From assembly GCA_965206695.1 (NCBI GenBank), contig CBDBKM010000002.1, forward strand, positions 128,001-192,000: a DNA stretch of 64,000 nt, in the 5' to 3' direction. Each line of letters starts with the position of its first letter. The first letter of the stretch is position 1. This document shows positions 21,782 to 33,437 of the stretch, piece by piece. Source of the DNA: Chlamydiales bacterium (GTDB lineage: Bacteria; Chlamydiota; Chlamydiia; Chlamydiales; JAAZZY01). A program made the translations under genes and the position numbers. The notes under the pieces were generated by a model, which saw nothing but the letters and a program-made list of their open reading frames with translations, was not told the origin of the DNA and made no database searches.

Positions 21782-23549
21782 CCGACATTCCTAGACCGTA
21801 AGATATTTTTTTTGAATTAGAATTATAGATTGCCTATCCTGTTACTTTTTATTTGATACAAGGAGAAAAGTTATGCCGGAAGTTGCAGGAGATAATATTC
21901 AAACAGTGAACATGGATCACCATGGATTAATTGCAGCACTTTGCAGCGATCTAAAGGTAGCGGAAAGGATTGATACCGGATTAAAAAATCATCCACAAAG
22001 AAAAGTAAGTGCGGGACAGGCAGTAATTGCAATGATTCTGAATGGATTAGGGTTTACTAATAGACGTCTCTACCTAACACATCAATTTTTTGCTTCTAAA
22101 TCGATAGAGAATTTACTTGGCAACAATCTTCGAGCAGAAGATCTCACAGATTATACTTTAGGTCATGCTTTGGATGATATTGCGAAATATGGGAGCAGTA
22201 AATTATTTGCTGAAGTTTCTTTTGGAATAGCCCTAGACCATGATTTACTACAAAAAACGCATCATCTAGATACAACAAGCTTTTCCGTTCATGGGTCGTA
22301 TGAAGTGAAAGATGATCCGCAAGTGATTGAGATTAAGCAGGGTTATTCTAAAGATCATAGACCTGATTTGAAACAAGTTGTACTTTCTCTCGTTACCAAT
22401 GGTCCGAGTTCTATGCCTCTATGGATGGAAGCCTTAGACGGCAATAGTTCTGATAAAGCAAGTTTTCATGAGACGATCAAAAAAATCAGTGAATTTCAAC
22501 AACAGATTGATGTAAAAACAAAGTTTAAGTGGGTTGCCGATTCAGCGTTATACACAAAAGAAAAGCTCTTAAAAAATAATGATTATAAATGGCTCACCCG
22601 AGTTCCCGAGATAATAGGAGAAGCAAAAAGATTAGTAGAAAAACCGGAAGAAGAAATTGATTGGATTGATCAGGAGAAAGGATATAAAACATGCAGCTTC
22701 ACCTCTTTTTATGGAGGGATTAAACAAAGATGGCTTTTGGTTTTTTCAGAGCAAGCCTATCAGAGAGAGATAAAATCATTAGAAAAAAAATTGACCAAGG
22801 CAGAAGAAAAGCTCAAGAAACAACTTTGGCATTTGGGTAATGAGGAATTTAAATGCGAAAGTGATGCTAAAAAAGCTTGGGGCAGATTGACTAAAAAAAA
22901 TCATTTATATTCCATGAATAGTGAGATATTGCCGATTCTAAAATATGGTAAATTAGGCAAACCTAAACAAGGAGAGGAAAAACAAGTTGTTGGATACAAG
23001 ATTCATGCTAGCTTTGAAAGGGAAGAAGAAGAAATTAATAAACTGATGAATAGAAAAGGACGGTTTATTTTAGCTGCGAATGACACCGATAGAGAAAATT
23101 ATAAAGATGAGATGATGTTAGAAGAATATAAAGAACAGCAAAAGGTTGAAGGAGGGTTTCGCTTTTTAAAAGATCCTTGGTTTATGGTTGATTCTATTTT
23201 TTTAAAAACCCCTCGACGCATTGAAGCATTAATGATGGTTATGACATTGTGTTTAATGGTTTATAATATCGGACAATATCAACTTCGACAAAAATTGATA
23301 GAAACAGAAGAGACATTACCCAACCAATTAGGAAAGGAAGTCAAAAATCCAACATTAAGATGGATTTTCCAAATTATGGAAGGTATCGGAATAATCCGTT
23401 TTTTTCAGAAGACTTCCCGGAGAATTTGTAAAGAAATGATCACAAATTTAACCCGTCTTCGGAAAAAGATTATTGTTTTGTTTGGAAAGACTGCAATGAG
23501 GATGTATGGCTTAATTAGAAAAACTTGTTTAGAGGTCTAGGAATGTCGG
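21782..23549 (+). mobile_element. IS1634-family element, complete
   Basis: 16-bp perfect TIR CCGACATTCCTAGACC, CTCAAA duplication; 555-aa transposase 21873..23540 (HLDTTSF, GYSKDHRPDLKQ, VADSALY, VEGGFRFLKDP). Confidence 0.95.
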
Positions 23550-23618
23550 CTCAAAAGGTGAAAAAAACTTGAAAAGGTTACTTAATTTATTAACTGAAAA
23601 GATCTATTTTCATTCTAT

Positions 23619-24593
23619 TTAAATAAGATTACGCATTTCCGCTTGCATTAATGCAAAGGCTAAGGAGCCATCTCTTAAAGGTATCTTTAGAATATTACCC
23701 TTATATTTAATTTCGACGAATCCCTTTTTAAATGCTTTTTTTAATTCGTCTTTAGTAAAAACTAACAGACCTAAAATTGCTTCGGAATATTCTTGATAAG
23801 AGTCTATCTGTTCAATGACATGTCCAAGGTAAACAGGCGTTACGGAGTTTAACGAACCCGTATCACGAGTCATAGTACCCAAAAAAATGGGTTGTCCCAT
23901 AATTAGACCTGCCTCTTCTCTTAATTCGCGTATTGCTGCTTTTTCCGGGGACTCTCCATAAACCCTACAGCCTCTTGGTAGTTCTACTTCCCAGGTTCGT
24001 GTAGCATGTCGATAATTTAACAGACAAATAATCTTTCCATCTTGGAGAATTGGTAATATGGCTACACCGGTAGGACCATCTAAAGAACTTTTCCAAATAA
24101 TTCGATTATATGTTCCATATACACCTGACGGGAAAATGACAGCATCTCGAATCCACATCCAAAATGAATCCGTTATAATAACACCAACTCGACTCCAATT
24201 TGAAGCATCTACATCAGACACCCCCCTTTTCAATAAGCACTGTCTCTGAAGTTCTTGTATTTCAACAATTTTTTTGGGTTCTAAAATGACCTCAATTTCA
24301 CCCTTCTTATGATTTCCGGACGATCCAAGGTATTCTTCAAATTGAAAAATAAAAGCAAGATAGTCTGCTATACGTAAATCTTCTTCATTTTGTTCATCAA
24401 ATTTAAGATTAGAAGGGTCCTCATCCTGCATCATCCCAATCTCACATTCATCAACATCAAGATGATGGATGATAGGATATCTAAGTTCATATTCGGCAAA
24501 ATTAAAAAAAGGAATCAAAGTAAAACATGCTAGAAATAAGAAAAACCACGAACGCTCCACTTCAATCCTTTTTTTATCTGTCAACCGGTTCAC
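23619..24593 (-). CDS. NUDIX hydrolase with hydrophobic N-terminal extension
   Basis: Nudix box ELPRG..GESPEKAAIRELREEAGL. Confidence 0.85.
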   Translation of the reverse strand: MNRLTDKKRIEVERSWFFLFLACFTLIPFFNFAEYELRYPIIHHLDVDECEIGMMQDEDPSNLKFDEQNEEDLRIADYLAFIFQFEEYLGSSGNHKKGEIEVILEPKKIVEIQELQRQCLLKRGVSDVDASNWSRVGVIITDSFWMWIRDAVIFPSGVYGTYNRIIWKSSLDGPTGVAILPILQDGKIICLLNYRHATRTWEVELPRGCRVYGESPEKAAIRELREEAGLIMGQPIFLGTMTRDTGSLNSVTPVYLGHVIEQIDSYQEYSEAILGLLVFTKDELKKAFKKGFVEIKYKGNILKIPLRDGSLAFALMQAEMRNLI

Positions 24594-24760
24594 TTGTATA
24601 CACCTTTAGTCATTCAAAATCATAACCTGTTTATAAAAGGCTAACAATTTCTTTAATAAAAGTCAACCGGATCTTTGTTTAGATGATGTTGCAAGGATAC
24701 GCAAATAATTCCATTTGCTTTCTAAAATATAAGGAGATAAACTTTGAATTTTTTAAAAAA

Positions 24761-25564
24761 TTAAAGAGAGATGATGCAAATACCCAGGCGATTAGCAGCC
24801 TCAACTGTATCATCATCTATTAAAATTGTTTTGCCGGCTTCTATAGCTAATACCGGAGCACCAATTTTAGCTAATTTTTCTATGGTATTAACACCAATAG
24901 TAGGTACATCAAAACGCATATCTTGATTGGGCTTAGCCACTTTAATTACAACACACCCATTACCGGCAACTTCTCCTGCCCGTTCCAAACACTGATCGGT
25001 TCCTTCCATAGCCTCGATTGCTACGATCGATTTATTCTTAATCACCACCGTCTGTCCAATATCTAAACGCCCTATTTCCTTAGCAATGATATAGCCAAAC
25101 TCCACATCTTCTTTTAGTTTACGATGAGGTTGAGTTTTAGTTAGTATCCCCTTGTCAGCAACTTGTTTTTTTAAATACTGAATTGAATCACCCAATGTTA
25201 TTCCTTTTTCTTCAAAAATATTCGCTATCGCATTAAGAAGAGCATCAGCTCGACCATCTTTTTTCTTAAACCAAGCCCTTAATGTCGTCCAATCCATATG
25301 CCAAAGAGAGACGGAAAACATTTTGCTATGTTGTACACGACCGGCCATGATAATTTCTTTTACACCATATTTCTTACAAATCCGTATCGCTTTACCCAGT
25401 TGCGTTACATATCCCCAGGTTATAATGTCAGCTTTCTCAATAATATCCGGTGAGGTCATCCCTTTTAACCCTATTACAAGTACTCGCTTACCTACATTTT
25501 TAATTCCTTCTAATGTTTTTAACGGCATCTGACCTTCGCCGGCAATAAGAGCTACTGGTTCCAA
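24761..25564 (-). CDS. lpxI: UDP-2,3-diacylglucosamine diphosphatase LpxI (DUF1009)
   Basis: ALIAGEGQMP, LDIGQTVV, AIEAMEGTD, KPNQDMRFDVPTIG. Confidence 0.9.
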   Translation of the reverse strand: MEPVALIAGEGQMPLKTLEGIKNVGKRVLVIGLKGMTSPDIIEKADIITWGYVTQLGKAIRICKKYGVKEIIMAGRVQHSKMFSVSLWHMDWTTLRAWFKKKDGRADALLNAIANIFEEKGITLGDSIQYLKKQVADKGILTKTQPHRKLKEDVEFGYIIAKEIGRLDIGQTVVIKNKSIVAIEAMEGTDQCLERAGEVAGNGCVVIKVAKPNQDMRFDVPTIGVNTIEKLAKIGAPVLAIEAGKTILIDDDTVEAANRLGICIISL

Positions 25565-25576
25565 AATAACCTCAGC

Positions 25577-25903
25577 CTAACCCGTTACAGAAGAAATAAA
25601 TTCAAAGAGGGCATCTGAATCTTTTAACCCAACAATCCGATCCTTCTCTTGTCCGCTTTTATAAAGAATTAAAGTTGGAACTGATGTTACTTGATATTCT
25701 TCCGCTATTTGTTGAGCCTGATCTATATCTAATTGAGCGATCGTTACCTTCCCTTTTAACTTTTCGGCTAATTCATTTAAAATAGGCTCCAGCATTCTGC
25801 AAGGAGCACACCACTCTGCAAAAAAATCTACTAAGGTAACCCCACTAGAAATCACATCTTTAAAATTCTCACCTTCAACTTTTTTGATCAAGCTTTCAGC
25901 CAT
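25577..25903 (-). CDS. trxA: thioredoxin
   Basis: VDFFAEWCAPC, VTSVPTL. Confidence 0.95.
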   Translation of the reverse strand: MAESLIKKVEGENFKDVISSGVTLVDFFAEWCAPCRMLEPILNELAEKLKGKVTIAQLDIDQAQQIAEEYQVTSVPTLILYKSGQEKDRIVGLKDSDALFEFISSVTG

Positions 25904-25992
25904 AAAAGATCTCCATATTTGTTAATATTTACCTAATTTAGCCTTAATTTTTACATATTTATTCTTTTTTTCCAAACGCTTAAGGTCTAAAT

Positions 25993-28444
25993 CAGATCCT
26001 CCCGTTAAAAAGATATTTTTATAAAATGACTTTTAACAATAAAGATCGATAATTTTTGGAATAAAAAATATCCTACCGATAAAGTCATCTCGGCTCACCC
26101 TCGATAAAAAAAAGTACACCCTTTAGAATCAAGACATTTTTTTGAACTCGGCTCATCATGAAGTATCGAATAGATCTTTTAACTTCGCTCCTTTTTTATG
26201 TGCTATACATGTAAACAAATCTACCCGTGAATCAACGTAAAAAATTAAAAATACAGACCTTAGACGAGACCATAATACAATCTTTCTTTTCATTTTCTTT
26301 AATGCGTTTTGAAATAATCCGCAACATCTTTGCTGTACTTGATCCAATAAAAATGCCAAAAACATAAGTAACCCTAAAACATGACTGAGGTGTTTACAAC
26401 CATGCCCAAAATTATGTTCAAATTGATAGCCTTGATTCTTAAGAGTATTAAACGTTTCATTTTCTATTTTCCGGCTTGCTCTACCTCCTTTTGCTAATTG
26501 ATATACATTCTCTGTCGTTACCGTAATATCAGTCACCCAAGAAAAATGCTTTTTTTTTCTTTTTTTATCTGTTATCATAAAATTAATAAAATTTACTTCT
26601 AAATCATGATGTTTATCATTAAGAGGAACACCGTTATAAAAACTAAGTTCGACGACTTCCTTGTCTGTTGTTATCGTTTTTCTCTTAAGAGAGGCTCCTT
26701 TTAACCAAGCGAATAAACCGGGATTACCCGGCCGTTTAGCTCCTACGATAAAGTGAGTTCCTATTGCCAAAATTTTTTGTAGATAAGGGCCTTTTGCAGA
26801 CAATGCATCTTCCGTAAAAATGACTTCCAAACGGGAATGTTCTTTTTGAAAATCATTTTTAGTACTACCGTCTAATTTAGAGATCGGTTCGGGGCATAAA
26901 GGAAACACTTCTTTCCGGTCGGGATGAATAACTACTGCATCTAACATCTGACGATAATTATAGTCATTTAATTTTATATTGATAAGATTGCTTGATCAAT
27001 GGCGAATGTAAAATTCGTAACTTTTCGTAATATCTCTCTAACTTTATTTTTCATATTAGCCCAATATTTTTCTATAGGATTTAAGTCCGGAGAATATGGA
27101 GGAAGAAACATAAGCTTACAACCGGCAGATTCTACTGTTTTCCTGCTTTCCGCTGACTTGTGAAAACCGGCATTGTCAAGAATAAGAACACTACCGGGTG
27201 TAAGCTGAGGAGTCAAAACTTCCTTAAGCCAAATATTGAATAACCCGGTATTACAAGTACCTTCAAAACACATTGGAGATAAAAACTGCCCTTTAGATAG
27301 GGCTGAAATAATATTTTGCCTTATAAAGCGGTTTCCTGAAACCGCTCCAAAAACTTTTTTGCCGCGTAAGCTTCTTCCGGACTCACGAAATAAAAATTGA
27401 TGAATCCCGGTTTCATCGAGATAAATTCTCTTGTCAAAGGGAATATTTTTTAAATCTTTCATAAAAGCTTCCCGTTTCTTTTCATCTCTTTCCTTATAGC
27501 GAGTAGTTTTTTTTTTCGTGTAATTTTTAATCTTTTAAGGGCATAAAAAATCGTTTGCGGAGTGACTGAAAAATAATCAGCAATTTCCGATAAAAAATAA
27601 TCCGGATGTTTTTCTACATATTTAGATAACAACTCATCATCTAATTTCTTATAAGCATATTTTCTGCGGATTGGCTTTAAATGTCCTTTTTGCTTTTTTT
27701 GCAAGATCCATCGATATATTGTTGCGATACCTACTTGAAAAATATGGCCGGCTGTTTTTTTATCATGATGTTTTTCTATATGTTGTAATACTTTCTCTCG
27801 AAGATCTACTGAATAGGCTCTAGGCATTGTTTTGTCCTTACTGTTTGTATAAAAAAAGAAGGATAACATATTATCAAATAAAAATTAAAATACTATAAGT
27901 CATACGACCGTCTCTAGAATGTTTTTCACAACAATTATCACAATGAACAGATGGTGAAGAAAACATACCCGTTCCGTCACACGTAATTAAAAAATACTTA
28001 TTCAAAAATGTGTAATCTTCAAAAACTTTTCCTCTTTGAAGAAGAGAGAATACGGCAGTAAAAGCAGGTCTAATCCATCGAGAATCAACTTGGTCAAGTC
28101 GTTCTCTCATACAAGTATCGGAAGGAATATTTGTAATATTGTAAAAAGTGCTTAAATTATGTTGAATGATCTCATCTTGACGTCCTTCATCGAATTGTAG
28201 AAGTGAAGGAAACTAAACCGGACATCAAACAATCAGATAATGCAATTGTTGCTTTTAAACCTCTTGCATCTCGGTCTTTATTGGGAATCTTATTAAATAC
28301 GGAACGAACCTTTAACAACATCCCTTTAACCGAAAGCCGGTTTTTCTCAATAGAATGCACTGCCATATTTTTTTCTCCATTTAAAAAAAAATAATGAAAA
28401 AAAAGTATACATCATTGCGAAAAATTATTTAACGGGAATTGCTG
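25993..28444 (-). mobile_element. ISNCY-like DDE element, copy 1 (degenerate, interrupted by IS630)
   Basis: Ends CAGATCCTCCCGTTAAA / TTTAACGGGAATTGCTG; DGTGMFSS, KIENETFNTLKNQGY.FEHNFGHG; inverted homolog of 34894..36121. Confidence 0.85.
26961..27895 (-). mobile_element. IS630-family element (two ORFs joined at an A10 slippage site)
   Basis: TIRs TAGTCATTTAATTTT / AAAATTAAAATACTA, TA flanks; AYSVDLREKV, DETG, LDNAGFHK, LPPYSPDLNPIE. Confidence 0.93.
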
Positions 28445-29460
28445 GACGGCAAACTGCAAAATCAGTTATTTTTAATCTTAGTTATCCTATTATTTGGTGT
28501 ACTAAGGATAGAAAAGAAGTTCTCGATAGAGGTATTAGGCTTCTTTCGAAATGCATCATATGAGTTCCAAATGATAGATTCCCGCAATAAGATTGAATCG
28601 CAATACAAATCTTTTTCATCTATTCTGATAACGACCGGAAATGATTGTAAAGCGTTTGATCATTCCTGTCACAGTTTTATTGCTTTTTCTTATCTTCTTT
28701 AGTTAGAGGCTTCTTCTTACTTTTTTTTGGCATATAGGTATTAGCATGAAGCTTTTTTAGTCCTTGATATCCCTATCAGTTAATACGTTTATTCCCGGAT
28801 GAATTTTTATTTTTGATTTCTTAAACAGTCTAAAATCATGTCTCCTGCCATTAGAAAATGCAGTACAAATAATCTATCGTGTTTTCTTGTCTACTATAAC
28901 CTGAGTCTTTAAGGTATGCTTTTTTTCCCACTAAGAATTTTTCTGTTTCTAATCGCTGTGTTTAATATGAATATTATTCAATCGAATGTTGATTTTTTTA
29001 TACCCGTTAAACGACGAAACTTTTCATCATTCAAGGTGCGAATGTTTTCAAATTTCATGATACAAACCTACTTTTAAAGTAGGCTGCTATAATCAAAAAT
29101 TTAATTTTGAAAGAAGTCTATTGAGAAAAAACTAAGTTAAGTGATTAAATGAGAAAGTCAAGCAACTATCTATGGAGGTTAAAGAACTTGATATTATGCC
29201 TGACCATGTACATATGTTTATCAAAAACTCAACCTGTTCAATCTCCACAGTTTGCAATTGGTCAACTTAAAGGATCCGGTAGCCGCTTGTTAAGACAAGA
29301 GGTCTCAAATTTAAAATCCGGATTGCCTACATTATGGCCAAGATTGTATTATGTTGATAGTGTAGAAAAACTCAATGAATATACGGTTAGGAAGTATATC
29401 CAAAATCAAAAAAACAAATAAATGCTTTCATCCCAATGCTCAAGCAAAGGGTTTTCTCGC
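28445..29460 (+). mobile_element. IS200/IS605 tnpA (Y1) pseudogene interrupted by IS5 remnant
   Basis: FNLSYPIIWCTK.RKEVL before the IS5; MPDHVHM (HUH) and YIQNQK after it; subterminal hairpin at about 29424..29460. Confidence 0.8.
28537..29119 (-). mobile_element. IS5-family remnant
   Basis: TIRs AGGCTTCTTTCGAAA / TTTTGAAAGAAGTCT, ATT duplication; homologous to 14795..16109. Confidence 0.85.
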
Positions 29461-29510
29461 TTAATTGTCATAAAGGCGTTCCTCAGAAAATTTATTAGAT
29501 ATCCTTTAGA

Positions 29511-30371
29511 ATGGATATGTTGGTGAAAAACATGAAAGGTATAATCGGTTTAGATATTGATGGTACAGTGACGGGAGATCCAAATAAAATTCCCCAAGAG
29601 ATAATTGATTATCTTGCTTTTCTTTCTAAAGAGGGATGGCAAGTGGTCTTTATATCAGGTAGAACTTTTTCATTAGGATTAGATTTGTTGAAACATTTTC
29701 CTGAGGTTTATTATTTTTCCCCCCAATGCGGGGTTAGTCTTATCCAAATGCCTGAAAAGAAGATATTATACCGTCAATATTTTGACTTAACTGCTTTAAA
29801 TGTTGTGGAGGAGGTTTTTAAGGATGAACCTACCGATTTCATTCTCTACGGAGGGATTGAGGTAAATGATTGTTGTTATTATCGACCTAATCGATTCGAA
29901 GAGGATTTAAAAAAATATCTTCAAGAAGTGTATACTAAATTACCCGGTAAATGGGAAGCGGTTGATTCGTTTCATAATCTTCAACTAAACCGGTTCCCAA
30001 TGGCAAAAGCATTTGGTTCTCAAGAAGTTTTATTGCGAATCAAAAATAAGTTAATGTCTCACCATCTTTTTAAGGCAGAGATTGTCAAAGATACTTATAA
30101 TACTCGTCATCGTTTGATACAGATTACTGAAAAAGAGGCCGATAAAGGGCGTCCAATATCTGAGCTAAAAAAAACAAGTATTTCGCATCCTATTATTGCC
30201 GCGGGAGATGATCGAAATGATCAAGCGATGTTAAGAGAAGCTGATATTAAAATTGTGATGCCAAGTGCTCCGAATGAAATGAAAGAAATAGCTGATATAA
30301 TAGCTCCTCCTGTTGAGGAAAAGGGTATAATGAACGCTTTAGAAAAAGCCATAACCTCTTTATCGGCATAA
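29511..30371 (+). CDS. HAD-IIB (Cof-like) hydrolase
   Basis: LDIDGT, SGR, ADKG, AAGDDRND. Confidence 0.9.
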   Translation: MDMLVKNMKGIIGLDIDGTVTGDPNKIPQEIIDYLAFLSKEGWQVVFISGRTFSLGLDLLKHFPEVYYFSPQCGVSLIQMPEKKILYRQYFDLTALNVVEEVFKDEPTDFILYGGIEVNDCCYYRPNRFEEDLKKYLQEVYTKLPGKWEAVDSFHNLQLNRFPMAKAFGSQEVLLRIKNKLMSHHLFKAEIVKDTYNTRHRLIQITEKEADKGRPISELKKTSISHPIIAAGDDRNDQAMLREADIKIVMPSAPNEMKEIADIIAPPVEEKGIMNALEKAITSLSA

Positions 30372-30378
30372 TGAGAGA

Positions 30379-31866
30379 TTGATGGAAATTAAACAACTAA
30401 CTACCGGGGCAATCGACTATGCTCGCAAGCATTTGAGTGAACAAACTAAATGGGTACACTATTATTCTAAAGATTCTCTTTTTGAAAACCATGATACGAT
30501 TCCTTTAGTTGAAAATGCACTCTATGCTTTAGCTCTTTTTCGCTCAAAAAATAGTTCAAATATGTTGGAGGGAAAAGAACTGGTAAAAAGATTACTTCAT
30601 TTTCAATCATCTTTAGACGATAGTAAGGGGAATTTTCCTCATTATTTGCATGAATTTCCATATTGTCAGGATCCTTATGGAGCTTTAAGAATTTTTGTCC
30701 CTTTGTATTGGATTTTAATTGAATTTGCGCCCCTACTTGGAGACAATCTAAAAAATAGATTAACTAAATCATTACAACAATCACTATCTTTTTCTCGGAA
30801 TTTAAAAAGTCAGATGACGATCGGTTATTCTCGTTCGCTGCAGCTGGCAAGTGCAACGCTTGCTATGGGCTGCCTATTAACGAACAAGGAGTGGAAGATA
30901 GCAGGCTTAGAGGAATTGAAGAGATTAAGTGATATAAGCTATCAAAATGAATGGATGTCTCCTTCTGAAATTGGCAAAATTTTAATAGCTTACCAAATGG
31001 CTTCTGCTCATATTGAAAGCGGTTGTTTTGCTCCATTTTTAAAGTTTGTTTTTAGCACATGGCATCAAAGCCTTACCTGTTATGCAGGTCCTGCTTTGAA
31101 AGTTTTACAATTTAAAGATTCTCCGGAGATTAAATTGTATGATTATTATTTATCACACTTTACAAAAACACTCCTTACTACTGATAGGAATATCACCATA
31201 TCCGGTTTATATGCAGCTCTTATTCGTCCAATAGACGAAGACTTAGAATCCTTTTCCTTACCTCACTCTACAAGTTTTGTATCCGGAAATAAATCCGGAT
31301 ACTTGTTCATGGAAAAACAATATACTTGCTCTTTGATCGATTATTCTAAAATTGAAGAAAATCCGCATAAAGGATTACATATTCTACGTCTTCTATGGAA
31401 AGGAAAAGAAAGAGTTCATTCTTTTGCCATGCAGCCGGAAAATATTTCTGTAAATGTCAGTAAGAATTTAAGCTCCAAAAATATTGAATTTCTGTTGCAC
31501 TATGATCAATGTAATCAAAATGAGAACGATGCCCATGAATTGGTCGCATCTTTTTACTTAGATATTCACCCTGATTCTATCTTTACAGTAGAAGGAAAAA
31601 GGTCGAATACTTTTCAGCTAAATCAAAAGATTCGAATATGTAATAGTAATATGAATATTGGTCTTACCTTTAGTCTTAGTGAAGGAAAAGGTATATTTTA
31701 TGGACATCTAATGAGGGGTAATAGACCCGCCCAACGTCTAAGAAATAACATTACAGACTTTAAGGCTTATGATTGGGTATTTTACCTTAGAGCAGTGAGG
31801 TTGAATACTTCATGTATTGTAACAGGACAATTAAGTTTAGATATGATTGAAGAGAAGATAGTATAA
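30379..31866 (+). CDS. conserved chlamydial hypothetical protein
   Basis: 495-aa intact ORF in operon context; GNFPHYLHEFPYC, GNRPAQ. Confidence 0.7.
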   Translation: MMEIKQLTTGAIDYARKHLSEQTKWVHYYSKDSLFENHDTIPLVENALYALALFRSKNSSNMLEGKELVKRLLHFQSSLDDSKGNFPHYLHEFPYCQDPYGALRIFVPLYWILIEFAPLLGDNLKNRLTKSLQQSLSFSRNLKSQMTIGYSRSLQLASATLAMGCLLTNKEWKIAGLEELKRLSDISYQNEWMSPSEIGKILIAYQMASAHIESGCFAPFLKFVFSTWHQSLTCYAGPALKVLQFKDSPEIKLYDYYLSHFTKTLLTTDRNITISGLYAALIRPIDEDLESFSLPHSTSFVSGNKSGYLFMEKQYTCSLIDYSKIEENPHKGLHILRLLWKGKERVHSFAMQPENISVNVSKNLSSKNIEFLLHYDQCNQNENDAHELVASFYLDIHPDSIFTVEGKRSNTFQLNQKIRICNSNMNIGLTFSLSEGKGIFYGHLMRGNRPAQRLRNNITDFKAYDWVFYLRAVRLNTSCIVTGQLSLDMIEEKIV

Positions 31867-33265
31867 TGTCTATTTTTGACCGCACCAAAATAGTATTTCA
31901 AACCCCGATGGGCCCCCTTTTAATAACCTTGCTTGTATTGTTTATTGGTTTGGTTATCATCTATCTGGTTATACAGAAGATATACAAGTATGATGTAAAA
32001 CAAGTTAAATATTTTTATAAACTTCAAGCGCTGGTTAAAGACGGATCATTTTTTAAACAATATAAGCATGATTTTTTTGGTCGCAAACTCCATGTCACTA
32101 TTAAAGGTAATGATACTTACGAAGCGACCCTTTTCTTTTCGACATTTATGAACCCATTAACTGTAGCTCTTTATAAAGACTATCATGAAGAGATAGTACG
32201 CAACCCGCCTCCCTTTATGTGTTCATATGAATTGAAGGATAATCGAGAAATCTGTCTATGCTTAAAGCCAATTGAATCGGAAAAGTATTCGTCTGTAAGT
32301 CTTGGTGATTATTATTTAGACAAACAATTAAGTGAGTACGAAATTGAATGGTTATTAGCCTCTCTGCTAAGAGTTTATCCCATTTACATACACTTTTAAA
32401 TGAACAAGGTAAGCCTCTTTATCATGGTTTTTTACTTCCTAGGTCGATTTTTTTAATTTTTGATTCTTCTCATCAACTGCAAAATATATCCATAAGAGAT
32501 CATGGATTCTCTTATGCTATAGGCCATGATCGAATATTCAAACATTATGATGATATCCAAAAGGGTAAAAAAGTTCTAGAACCCTATTATCAACATTCTC
32601 TTAATTCAACAATGGGACATGTTGCCTCCGGAACAAAAGGATCCTTCAAAATTTTCTGAGATAGGCCCTCAGAGCGATTATTATATGTTTGCCCGTTTAG
32701 CAGGATGGCTATTTTCTAAAGGAAAAAATCTTTCTCAAGAAACACTCGATTTCGCTTTGATCCCTTCTAAACTTGAAAGTTTTATCTCCCTTTGTCTTAA
32801 AAAGGATTCTCAAGCTCGTCCTTCTAGCTTTGTGGCGTTTATGGATTTTCTGGATAATCCGGAGGGCAGTTAAGTAATTGTTTATCTAATACCGAACATA
32901 TTGATGAAGATGTGAATGACAACGATATGTTAGATTTTAACCATTTGCATGACTCGTTTCAGATCATAAAATCAATAAACGAAGTATCAAGTGAGAAGTT
33001 TACAAAGGAACAAGCTCGACAAATTCGTAAGGAGTTAGCGGTAGGTCAACAAGCCTTAAAAGAAGGGAAATGGATATTAGCTAAAGAAGCTTTTTTCGAA
33101 GTTATAACTATAGATGCATGTAACGCTATTGCTTTGTCGGGCATGGCTATTGCATATTATGAAGAAGGAAATAGAGAAGAGGCAGAAAACTATTACCGAC
33201 AAGCCAAAAAGATCGATCCCTATCAAGCAAAATATTTTCGTTCCCATGTGGCATTTCGTGTTTAG
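31866..33265 (+). pseudogene. membrane-anchored kinase-like + TPR protein, frameshifted in 4 pieces
   Basis: TM helix; LSHLH..LYHGFLLPRSIF, LPPEQ, SDYYMFA, CLKKDSQARP (kinase subdomain-like); C-terminal TPR; frameshifts of mixed sign. Confidence 0.6.
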
Positions 33266-33437
33266 AATTATTCCGGGTGCTTTTTTTCTTATTATTTTTT
33301 CTAGTTGCTATCATTATCAGATCACGGATTCTTATAAACAAACCTATAGTCATTTAGATCTAGTAGATCCGGACACGGATCTTATTGAAAGCGACTATAC
33401 TCATCACGAATAAACCTCCGGATATTTTGTATTCGTA

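Noticed and set aside
21527..24757. 17-bp repeat ACTTTGAATTTTTTAAA at 21527 and 24741
   Set aside because: Low complexity and AT-rich; no other evidence of a composite element
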